Shown here: in pieces, positions 1 through 10,500 of the stretch | How the letters are laid out: each line of letters opens with the position of its first letter | How positions within the stretch are numbered: the first letter of the stretch is position 1 | Assembly (NCBI RefSeq): GCF_016432865.1 | Contig: NC_067401.1 | Location: 479,942,001 to 480,006,000 of the forward strand | Source: Antechinus flavipes | Taxonomy: Eukaryota | Direction of reading: 5' to 3' | Length of the DNA stretch: 64,000 nucleotides | The notes under the pieces: generated by a model | What the model was told of the DNA's origin: nothing | The model's database searches: none | The model's input: only the letters and a program-made list of their open reading frames with translations | Made by a program: the position numbers and the translations under genes

Positions 1-7
1 GCTGAAC

Positions 8-245
8 TCACATCTGACCTTAGGCACTTACTGGCTGTGGGAGCCTGTCACTGACTCCCCGAGATTCTTGTGGGGGCCAAATGGGGTCACATCTGACCTT
101 AGGCACTTACTGGCTGTGGGAGCCTGTCACTGACTCCCCGAGATTCTTGTGGGGGCCAAATGGGGTCACATCTGACCTTAGGCACTTACTGGCTGTGGGA
201 GCCTGTCACTGACTCCCCGAGATTGTTGTGAGGGCCAAATGGGGT
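8..245. repeat. 3 x 79-bp tandem repeat derived from a CORE/MIR-like SINE fragment
   Basis: Unit TCACATCTGACCTTAGGCACTTACTGGCTGTG...GGCCAAATGGGG starts at 8, 87 and 166. The unit and the downstream flank to ~305 resemble the MIR/CORE consensus. Confidence 0.85.
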
Positions 246-944
246 ATGTGTAAGACCACGTTGCAAACAATTTTAAGTTCTACATAGGTGCTAGTTATGA
301 TTATTTTGTAAACAGGTGAATATATACAGGATAATTTGAGGAGGGAGAAAACAGTAGCAGTTGGGAGCAGATTTTGCTTTTTATTCCGGGAGCACTAGGG
401 AGCTGTTAAAGGCTTTTGAGCTTGGAAGACGAGGTTGAGGGTCTCCCCAACAACGTGGTCCCCTATTGATCCAATAATATTCCTAGTTTCTGGTATGCCC
501 AGGACTCTGTGGGGATCATAGGTGGGTGAAATAGAAGGTCCCCGTCCTCCAGAATTTACCGGGAAGTCTCTATATTAGGTATCTCCTCTTCCAAAATGCA
601 ATAATGTAAGTGAAAAGCAGAAGGAAAAAACGCGAAAGTAAGTGTTTTGTGACCCAGGCTGGCCAGAAAGAAGGAATAAGAAAATAACACTTGACGCCAT
701 TCTTCGCAAGAGTGGGGGGCTACGGATGGGGAGCGTTGCGTTTATACCATTCGGCTTGATGCGTTGGTTCCGTTGCTCATTGGATTAACTGTTATAAAGG
801 GCGGCTGGAAAGGAGAGATAATTGAGGAATGAAAAGAAATAAAAGAAGTCAATGCAAACACTGCTTTGTAAAGAATTTTTTTAAAAAACGTTTAATTGAA
901 TTGAGTTGCACTTAAGAGGCACGGCAATGAATGAAAACCCTGAG

Positions 945-1200
945 CCAATCAGAGGCCAGGCTGCTGGGGGGAGCTGTCCTCGGTACCGCCCCCGGGTCCC
1001 TCGGGCCCCCTCCGCTTCACACAGGCTGTTTCTGGGAGCACCTGGATGGGGCGGGGGCAGGAGAGAGGGAGGGGGTCCCGAAGGAAAGGAGGGTTATGGG
1101 GGGAGGGACTCTGCCTCCTCCGCTGCCTGGGTGGTCCCGGTCCCGCCCCACCCCCCGCGGCGCCGTCGCCTAGCAGCGGGTGAGGCTCCGCAGCCAATGG
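945..1200 (+). promoter_or_regulatory. PTCH2 CpG-island promoter with CCAAT boxes and a GLI site
   Basis: CCAAT at 945-949 and 1194-1198; perfect GLI consensus TGGGTGGTC at 1128-1136; CpG-dense sequence directly upstream of coding exon 1. Confidence 0.75.
1128..1136. promoter_or_regulatory. GLI binding site (GACCACCCA) in the PTCH2 promoter
   Basis: Exact consensus TGGGTGGTC; Patched genes are established direct GLI targets. Confidence 0.75.
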
Positions 1201-1326
1201 GAGCGCGTTCCTCCCCCGGGTCCGCCCCCTCCCCTCCCTTTTCTGGGGCTGCGCTGCTGCGGCCGGAGCAGAGAGAGCGGAGCCGGGCGGCGTCTGGCCC
1301 GGGCCGGGGCCGGCTGCACGCGGAGG

Positions 1327-1365
1327 ATGGAACCCGAGCCCGAGCCCGAGCCGCCGTGCCGGTAG
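1327..1365 (+). other. 12-codon uORF (MEPEPEPEPPCR*) in frame with and 21 nt upstream of the PTCH2 ATG
   Basis: ATG at 1327 in context GGAGGATGG (A at -3, G at +4); TAG at 1363-1365; main ATG at 1387. Confidence 0.65.
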
Positions 1366-1386
1366 CGCGGGGCTGCCCGGCCCGGG

Positions 1387-4300
1387 ATGGCCCCGGGGGA
1401 GCTGCTGACCTCCGGCCCCGCGCCCCCCGCGCAGGTGAGCCAGGCAGGGGAACGTGACAGGTGGGCGCGCGTGGGTGTGGGCATGGAGAAGGAGGCAGTT
1501 CGGCCGCCGCCGCGGCTGTCGGGTGGGCATCCGGGAGCACGCGTGTGTGGAGGGGGGCGTCACGCGTGCGTGTGGCCCGCCGACTCGCCCCCGCACTGTC
1601 CCACCGGGTTCTCTTTGCCTCTCCTCCGCAGGGCCGGGCCCCGCTCTGGTTGCGCGCCCACGTGGGCGGCTTGCTCTTCAGCTTGGGCTGCGCGATCCAG
1701 CGGCATTGTGGCAAGGTGCTCTTCGTGGGGCTGCTGGCTTTCGGGGCCCTTGCGCTGGGCCTGCGTGGGGCCGCAGTGGAGACAGACCTGGAGCGCCTCT
1801 GGGTGGAAGGTGAGACGGCCTGGCCTCGGTGGGGGAGCGGGGCTCGAGGGGCAGTCGGGGGCTTGATGGTGCGTCCCAGATGACCTGTCAAACGTAGGGT
1901 GTGGGTCCGCCAGCGTGGACCTCGGCAGTTTCGGGCAGGGTCAGGCAGGAGCAAAGCTTTCCTTCGCGGTGGCAACCTCCGATCAAAATGGTGTCTTTGT
2001 TTTTAAGGAGCTCAGCTGGCTCCTACTTTCCCTCCTCGGCCACGGTGCTTGCCCCCATCCTCCTGCGGGAAGTGGTGTTTCTGCCGCCCCCCTTCTTATC
2101 AGTGCTGGGGTTCAGACCAGATGGTTCCTTCCCAGTGTTCCCCGGCCTCCTCCCAGCCAAGCCTCAGCCCCAGCGTGCACTTGAGCCCCACCGCTGCCTG
2201 GGTGGTCCCAAATGGCTCTTGAATTTCCTGCCACAATAGAAGCCGCCTTCCTTCCCCCTCCCCTGCCCAGCTCCATGGGGTTACTCCCCTCCCTCCATGC
2301 AGCTCAAGTGGCCCCCCCAACTGCTTCACAGGCTCAGCAAGGGGCCTTATTCAGAGGAAACTTTCTTCCTTCTGGGTGGCGCCCAGCTCCAGGGGCTTTT
2401 CTTTATGTCCCACAGACAGGACCCCCCTGAACCTCCATGGCCCTTCCATCTGGCTTCTGCCAAGAAGAGCACAACTCTTGCCCAACTCTCCACTCAGATT
2501 TAGGGAGCAAGAGAGTGACAGTTTTCTCAGATCTCCCTTATCTCTTGTATCCCCCACTTTCAAAGCTGTTCCAGCTCCAGTCTGTGGCTGTGCCCTAAGG
2601 AGCCCCAGAGGTCTTTTCCACCCCAAACCCCTGAGTCAGGAAGAAGGAAGACACAAATGGACCCTGGGCTTCCTAGGAGGAGGGATTCTTTCAAGTAATT
2701 TCTCCAGCTCCTTTCTTTCTACTTGGGCCTCCTGTATTCTTGCTCAGAGGTGCCCAGTACATGGGCTGCTGTCCCCCTTTCCTCCATCTCTGAGTATACA
2801 TGTGCCCTTCTGCCTTCCCATTATCATTAAAGCTAACTAGGTTATGCGGCTTCTCCCGCCACTCCACACTTCTCACGCTTTGCTCTCGGCCATCTCCTCC
2901 AGTCTTGTATTTCTCTTGTATTTCTTTCTCCATGACAGGCCCATCTCTTCTGACTCTGAGTCTTCTCCTGGTCTCTAGATGGAATATTGACTTCTCACTC
3001 TCCCCAGACCCTCAGTCCCTTTTCTTTATCCCCCGTCCTGCTGACTTGCTCACACAAGTCTGCCTGTCCCCACACTATGGCTTCTTTCTGACCACAGGAG
3101 GGGTAGGCTTGCTGCCTTCAGCCTGGATAAAAAACAAATTTGCAAGAAAAACTATGGTAATTTATGTAGCACATAGTGTTGGAGACAAACGCAGGCATGG
3201 GATGCTGGCAAAAGAGAGGCTCAGGATGGTCCAAGTAAAAGTGGAAGAAGTGACTTGGATGAGTGCTGATAGCTTAGATCCAGCTTGCACTGGGGACCTT
3301 TAAGTGAGGGAAGCCTTGGGAGATAAGGCTAGATTAGGCTGAGGGAAGGGGGAGGGGGGAGGGGGGAGGAGGGAGTGGCCTTTGGAAGACCCAGATTGCC
3401 AGGCTGACTAGTCTAGATTCTTGACTATGGTCAGTAGAAAGCCGCTGAAGACTTTTGAGTGGAAGAGTAGGATCAGAGCTGAGCTTTTAAGTAGGGAAAA
3501 GCCACATGGATCAGGAATGTGTTACAGGGGTCCCAGTGGTAGGTATTAAAGGTCCAAACTAAGGTGGCAGCAGTGGGGATGGAAGAGCTGGGTGGTCTCT
3601 CTGGGAGGGACGATGGCATTCCTAAAGCCTGGAGGCATGGGAGGGAAGGAGGGGAGGGGCCAGAGAACACCCAAAAGCACTGGAGGGGGGAGGCTGGTTT
3701 GGGAGATCCTGCCTATGGAGAAGACTTTTTCTCCAGCTATGCGCCCCCTCATGGGCCTCTATAGCCTCTGTGCCCCAGCTGTGTTCAAGGCTCTGGTAGG
3801 GTTCCAGGTCTGGATTCTGGGGTGATAGAGAGAGAAGTGATGGATCCACACCCCTTTGTATCAGAGAGCTCAAAGCAACTGGCCCCCTTAGCCCCAAATC
3901 CAGCTTCCCCTGCCCGTCCTCATTCCTGATTTCTCAGGTATCCCCCACGTAGGCAAGTTTTGTGAGAATCATCATTGTGAATAGGGGGCCAAGGAAGTGG
4001 AAGATGTCTTGAGCCAGTGTAGTAGGACTGAGTGGGAAGATCATGAGCCCAAAGACCTCTGCCATCCTCTGATCACAGCTGCACTCAGTGCCTGGTTCTG
4101 CCACAGTTTAGAAGGACCACAGGTTCATAAATGAAGAAGCTGAAAGCACTAGCCACCGCTCCCCTCATTTTATAGGCAAGGACTCAAGACCCTTTACCCG
4201 AGGTCACACAATAAAATGACTGAAGGTCCTTTAATTCCAGATCCCAAAGCATAAGCAGGGGAGCATCCCAATGAGGGAGGTTTATTAGCATGCTGAAGGG

Positions 4301-4535
4301 CCTCAGTGAAGATCAAACATGGAGGGATTTGTAATACAGGGGATCATAGCACATCGCAAAGGATTCCCCTCTCTTCTCAGTTTGCGGATGCAGAGATTGA
4401 GAACCAGAGGGAAGTAATGTGATTTGCTGAGGGCCACCCAGCTAGTTAGTTCTGAGAGCAGGATTTGAATCTGGGTTTTTCTATTAATAGCAAGAAGCAC
4501 TTTTAAGATTTGCCAAATTGTGTGTGTATGTGTAT

Positions 4536-4568
<33 letters not shown>

Positions 4569-7500
4569 AGAGTGTGATAAATTCATTCAATTTTCACAAC
4601 TACCCTGTGGGGGAGATGCTATTATTATCACATTCTACAAATGAGGAAACAGAGAGAATCAGCATTTTGTCTGGGCACAGGACACGTAACAGATGTCTAA
4701 AGTACGATTCAAACTCACGTCTCCTAACTCCAGATCCTGTGCTCCGTCCACTATACTAGGAAAGGAGACGATCCTGGGGATGTGGGCATGAAAACTCAGG
4801 AACAGGGCAGTGAAAGTCAGGGGGCCCTAGGGAGCACAACTTCTGTAGGAGGAACTGGGGGTTGGGGGGGGCGATACATAAAGACAGATTGAGACACTGA
4901 CCCCAAATAGAATCAGCTGTTTCAGGAAGTGCCACTGGGACCCCTGTAACACATTCCTGATCCATGTGCCTCCATCATCTCTGGAGATTTATCAAATGAG
5001 AACATTTGCACAATCTTTACAAACTGTATGAATGCTAGCTAGTTATTATTTAAGCAGAGCCTTGGTGCTCACTGACCAAAGATTGGACTGGGTACTTCTG
5101 GAGTACCCAGTATCAAAAGTTGTTGGGATCTCCTCTGTGGCCATTCTTTCTCTCATTTGTCCCTTATTTCCCCCATTTTCAGTATCTCCCTTTCCATTCA
5201 GTGATTCCTTTCCTTCTGCTGTTCCCGGCCCAACCTCGTTTGTCTCCCAGAGCTGTATGGTAGCATTTTCTCTTCTCATTTGCCGCTTGCCAGTCTTCTC
5301 TGGGAGGAGCCCAGGGCCCTGTCTCCCTTTCCTCCAGCTGGGTGACAATGGACAAGTGACTCTCTCTGAGCCTCAGGTGTGAGCTCTGCTTTTTGGGGTA
5401 TGCTGGGAACTTGGCTCCGATGGAAGAGAGTCTTGGTCAGTGTTGCCGAAAGCAGCCAAGTCACTAGTGCAGACCATGACACAGTGTTGCTGCCGCTGTG
5501 CCCGACACAGTGTTGCTGCCGCTGTGCCCGACACAGTGTTGCTGCCGCTGTGCCCGACACAGTGTTGCTGCCGCTGTGCCCGACACAGTGTTGCTGTCGC
5601 TGTGTCCGTGTTCTCTTGGTTCTGCTTGCTTTAACTTTGTGTCAGTTTGTGAAAGTCTTTCCAGCTTTTTTGAGATCTGCCTGCTTGGTGTTTCCTATAG
5701 AACAATAGTTGTAATTTCATTACAAACGAAGTGTTTGGGAAACACTCAGGAACCTTGAGTCCTATCATCCACCCTTGGAGCTGCCCTTCGCCGCCTCCTC
5801 CAGCTCTCCCACACTCTCAAGTCCTCTCTGTAGCTCTGCTAGGACCCTTCCTGTGTTCCTCATGAGAACCTCCTACCTTTCCCCTTCCTCCACTTTCTTC
5901 TGTAGCCCCAGGTCGGAGACGTATGCTTCTCCACCTCCCTGGCCCCCACCATTTAGTGAATAAAAGGCTCTGGGGTGGCTCGGTCTGAATTTCAGAGCCT
6001 TCCACCATCCGAGCCCAGCTTCATTCCATCCTGCTGTGGCCCCCTGGCCTCTGGGATCTCCCTGGAAAGTGCCTCCTCTTCTTCCTTCCCCACCACCCTT
6101 GGCCCTGGGACTCCCACCCTCAGCAGCCCCGCCTCTAGGGCTTACACCGATGCCCTCTGATCCTGGGTGAGAATGATTCCTTTGGTGTTTGTGAAGTTTC
6201 TGTCTGTACCTCCTGCCCCTGCTCAGCTCCATGTAGGACTCCCGCCCCCGCACTTTGGGCGTTGCACAAAAAGGGAACGCGACTGGTCATGGGTGTAATG
6301 GCTTCAGGGCCAGGCCGGCACTTGGCTGACCCAGCCCCCTCCTCTTTCTCCTCCTCTGGCTGGAGACAGTGGGCAGCCGGGTGAGCCAGGAGCTCCGTTA
6401 CACAAAAGAGAAGCTTGGGGAAGAGGCCGTGTACACCTCTCAGACCCTCATCCAGACCGCGCGTCGTCCTGGCGAGAGCGTCCTCACACCCGAGGCTCTG
6501 GGCCTCCACCTTCAGGCTGCCTTGGCAGCTAGCAAAGTTCAAGTTTCCCTTTATGGAAAGTAAGTCTGGCCTGGGCCAGAGTGAGGGCAAGAGGCCTGGG
6601 TCAGGAGGGCTCACACCTGGGGGTGGCAAGACCTGGGATGGGGGAGGGGTCTCAATTAGAGGTCCCTCCCCCTTGACCCTTCCTTCTCACCTACTTCTAG
6701 GTCCTGGGATCTGAACAAAATCTGCTACAAGGCAGGAGTCCCTGTTATTGAGAATGGAATGATTGAGCGGGTAAGTGGTGGGGGGAGCCAGGCAGTCACC
6801 CTCCGTGATGCTCTGGGCGGTCGGTCAGTCGGGTGGCAGAGGAGGGAGGCAGAGGCGCCTGACGAGGGAGCTTTTCCTGGCAGATGATCGAGAAGCTGTT
6901 TCCCTGTGTGATCCTCACCCCGCTGGACTGCTTTTGGGAGGGAGCCAAACTTCAGGGGGGCTCCGCATACCTACCGTGAGTGAGGCTGACTTTCTTCCTG
7001 GTCACCCTGGGGTGGGGGCAGTGGCCCGGGATCCAGCCAGGCCTCTGGGCCTCCTCACCTGGCAGTTTTCCTCTTGTCTTGGTATGGTTGGGAAGTAAAC
7101 CAGGCAATGGGCAGGCGTAACTGTTGGCCAAGAAGCGGGGTCCCTCTTTCCCTGCCCCTGGGAAGGGCACGGGGCCGCCCCCGATCTCACCTATGCAATG
7201 CATGGCAGAGACTGTCTCTGGCCATCCCCCGGGCCTTGGCCCCAGAGCATGTCTAATACCCATCCGTAGGCTGTGAACCAGCCCTTTCCTTGAAATGAAC
7301 CCCTGCTCAATCTTAGCCAATCAGTCCTCCAACTCTGCCTTGTTCCTCCACTGTGGATTGGGGGCTTTGGAGGACAGAGCCAGGAACTCCCTGCTCTGCC
7401 CCCCCCCCCCCAGAGAGAGGCAGTTGTGAAAATAATTAAACAAATAAACTTAGGGGGAGAAACCAGGAGAGGGGGTGAGGGCCCAGAGCTGGGGTGGGGT

Positions 7501-10500
7501 GAGGGCCCAGAACTGGACTGGAGATTCACAAACCTTCCCCTTTTTTGGTCCAGGGGCCGACCTGATATTCAGTGGACCAACCTGGATCCTGAGCAACTTC
7601 TGGAAGAACTCGGCCCCTTTGCCTCTCTGGAGGGCTTTAAGGAGCTGCTGGACAAGGCCCAGGTGGGCCAGGCCTACGTTGGACGGCCCTGCCTGCATCC
7701 CGATGATCCCCATTGCCCAGCCAGTGCCCCTAATCACCAGAGCAAGCAGGTGTGTGAGTGTGGGAGGAAAGGATTAGGAAAGGAGGTCTGGGAAGCTGGC
7801 AGCTGCAGAGTTCAGGGGAGAACCAGTCCTTTCTCCCCTTGCTTCATTTGAGATTTCACTGGGAAATTAAGAGAAAGAGATAGGAAAACAAAACTAAAAA
7901 TAGATGAGATTGTGGAACCCCGATCTGGATGCCCCTGCCCCAAGCCATACCGGGTGCCTGGCCTGGTTGGTCCACCAGGGCTGGGCTCTGGGTCTGGGGC
8001 ACTCACAGACTCTAGTTTGCCAAGCGCTTTCTAAGTGGGTCCAACCACTGAGAGACCACAGAGTTTCAGAGCTTCTGGGCTGGACCTCCCCAACAACATC
8101 TTCCCAAAGAAAGGAGGGTTGCATCTGTGCCAGGTCCCCCAGGCATCTGCTTCGCCACCCTTGGGGTAGAGCCCACCCTCCTGGTTTTCCGGCAGGTCCC
8201 AGATGTTGCCCGGGAGCTGAGCGGCGGCTGCCACGGCTTCTCACGCAAGTTTATGCATTGGCAAGAGGAGCTGCTGCTGGGGAGCCCGGTGAGGAGCCCT
8301 CAGGGCCGGCTGCTCAGGTGGGGAGCCCCAGAGGGAGGCGGCGTGCGGGGGCCCTGCGGCCCAGGGGCCGCTCAGCCGGGGGACGGTGTCACGAGGGGGC
8401 AGGCGGCATCCCCGGGCGGTCAGTGACACCCTCTGGCCCGTTTCCTCTCGCCCAGTGCGGAAGCCCTGCAGAGCACCTTCCTGCTCATGAGCCCCCGGCA
8501 GCTGTATGACCACTACCGAGGAGACTACGAAACCCATGACATCAGCTGGAGCGAGTCCCAGGCGGGCGCCGTGCTGCAGGCCTGGCAGAGGCGCTTCGTG
8601 GAGGTCAGCCCGGGGGGCACGGCTCAGGCGTGGCTGGGGGGCCGGGCCCCTCTTCCCCTGTGTGATGGGGCTCTTCCTCCCCCGGGGAACCAGACCCCTC
8701 CTCCTCCATGGGACAGCTGCTTCCCCTTGAGCCCCCTGACCGCCATGCTCTTGCGCTTTGTAGCTGGCCCAGCAGGCCATCCCCCAGAATGCATCCCAGC
8801 AGATCCACGCCTTCTCCGCCACCACCCTCGATGACCTCCTGCGCTCCTTCTCTGACATCAGTGCAGTCCGTGTGGCGGGGGGCTACCTCCTCATGGTAGG
8901 TGGGCCTGGCCCCCTGGCCAGGGATTCTCGGAGCGGGGGTGCCCGGGGCCCCCTGCCTCCTCCTGACTCCTCTCTCCCCCCTCAGCTGGCTTACGCCTGC
9001 GTGACCATGCTCCGCTGGGACTGCTCCAAGTCTCAGGGGGCCGTGGGCCTGGCCGGGGTCCTTCTGGTCGCCCTGTCCGTGGCCTCCGGCCTCGGGCTCT
9101 GCTCGCTGCTGGGTATGACCTTCAATGCTGCTACGACTCAGGTACGGCTTCTCCCCAAAGGGCTGGAGGGCCAGGTCCTGTCCCCGGGGCCCCCAGCCAC
9201 TGACCCCTGCCCTCTCTGTGGCTCTCCTCCAGGTGCTCCCATTCCTGGCCCTGGGCATCGGGGTGGACGACATGTTCCTGCTGGCCCATGCCTTCACCGA
9301 GGCCCCCTCGGGCACCCCCCTGCAGGTGAGTGCCGGTCCCTGCTTCTCCCCCCGCCCAGCTCCCACCCCCCGTGGCCGCCCCGGTAACAGGCCTGTCCCT
9401 GGCAGGAGCGGACCGGCGAGTGCCTGCAGCGCATGGGCACCAGCGTGGTGCTCACCTCCGTCAACAACCTGGTCGCCTTCTTCATGGCCGCCCTGGTGCC
9501 CATCCCCGCCCTTCGCGCCTTCTCCCTCCAGGTGAGGGCCCCGAGGCTGTCTGCAGGGGCTGGGGAGGGGGAAGGGGGAGCGGGCCGTGTGCCTCGGAGC
9601 CCCCCTCACCTTCCTTGTGCCCCCCAGGCTGCGGTGGTGGTCGGCTGCAACTTCACTGCCGTGCTGCTCATCTTCCCGGCCATCCTCAGCTTGGACCTGC
9701 ACCGGCGGCACCGGCAGCGGCTGGATGTGCTCTGCTGCTTCTCCAGGTACGAGGAGGGGGGATCCCCGGGGGGCTGGGCTCCAAGTTCCCCCCTGCTTCC
9801 CCCCAGCTCCTGCTCTCCTCACTCAGCTCAGCTGTATAGATGGGCATTTGGGCTGCGCCATCCCAGGGCAAGAGCTGCCCCCCCATCCTGTGTCAGTCCT
9901 CCCCAGCCCTGTCAGTCTTCCCCTCCCCATCAGCCCTTCCCCCCCACACCCACCCACCCGACCCGTGTCCCTCTCCAGCAGAATGGAGTGTCAGGGGTTC
10001 CTTCCCATCTCTCTTCTAGCCCATGTTCTTCCCGGGTGATTCAGATCCAGCCTCAGGAGCTGGGGGAGGGGCAGGTGCCCAGGAGCGGGGCCCACCTGAC
10101 AGCTACGGTCCAGGCCTTCGCCCGCTGCGACACGGCCGGCCAGCACGTCGTCACCATCCTGCCCCCCACCACTCACCTGACGCCCCTCCCCACCGAGTCT
10201 CTGGGCTCCCAGCTCTTTGGCCCCATGGGTTCAACCAGAGACTTGCTGGGCCAGGTGACCGGGCCGGGGCGGGGCCAGGTGTGCCGGCCGCTCCCCTGTG
10301 CCCGCTGGAACCTCTCTCGCTTTGCCCGGCGCCAGTACGCCCCCCTGCTGCTGCAGCCCCGGACCAAGGTACGACACGGGCAGCTGCGGCCTTAGCTGAG
10401 CGTGCTGGGGTTTGGGGGGGTCAGCCCCAACCGCCGGGGGTCCCTTACGCTTCCCGGCTCTCCCCCAGGGCCTGGTGCTGGTGCTTTTCGGGGCCCTCCT

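Noticed and set aside
906-1975. Long overlapping ORFs (183-293 aa) around the PTCH2 promoter
   Set aside because: CpG-island GC bias suppresses stops; low-complexity Pro/Arg/Gly/Ala translations with no recognisable domain.
4432-4440. GLI-like GGCCACCCA in PTCH2 intron 2
   Set aside because: Non-consensus and inside a MIR-like SINE; likely incidental.
5478-5607. CACAGTG heptamers as V(D)J RSS or a CRISPR-like array
   Set aside because: No nonamer at 12 or 23 spacing, no unique spacers, and no antigen-receptor context; it is a simple tandem repeat.
8605-9822. 405-aa antisense ORF over PTCH2 exons 9-13
   Set aside because: Antisense shadow of GC-rich coding exons and short introns; no domain or proper start.
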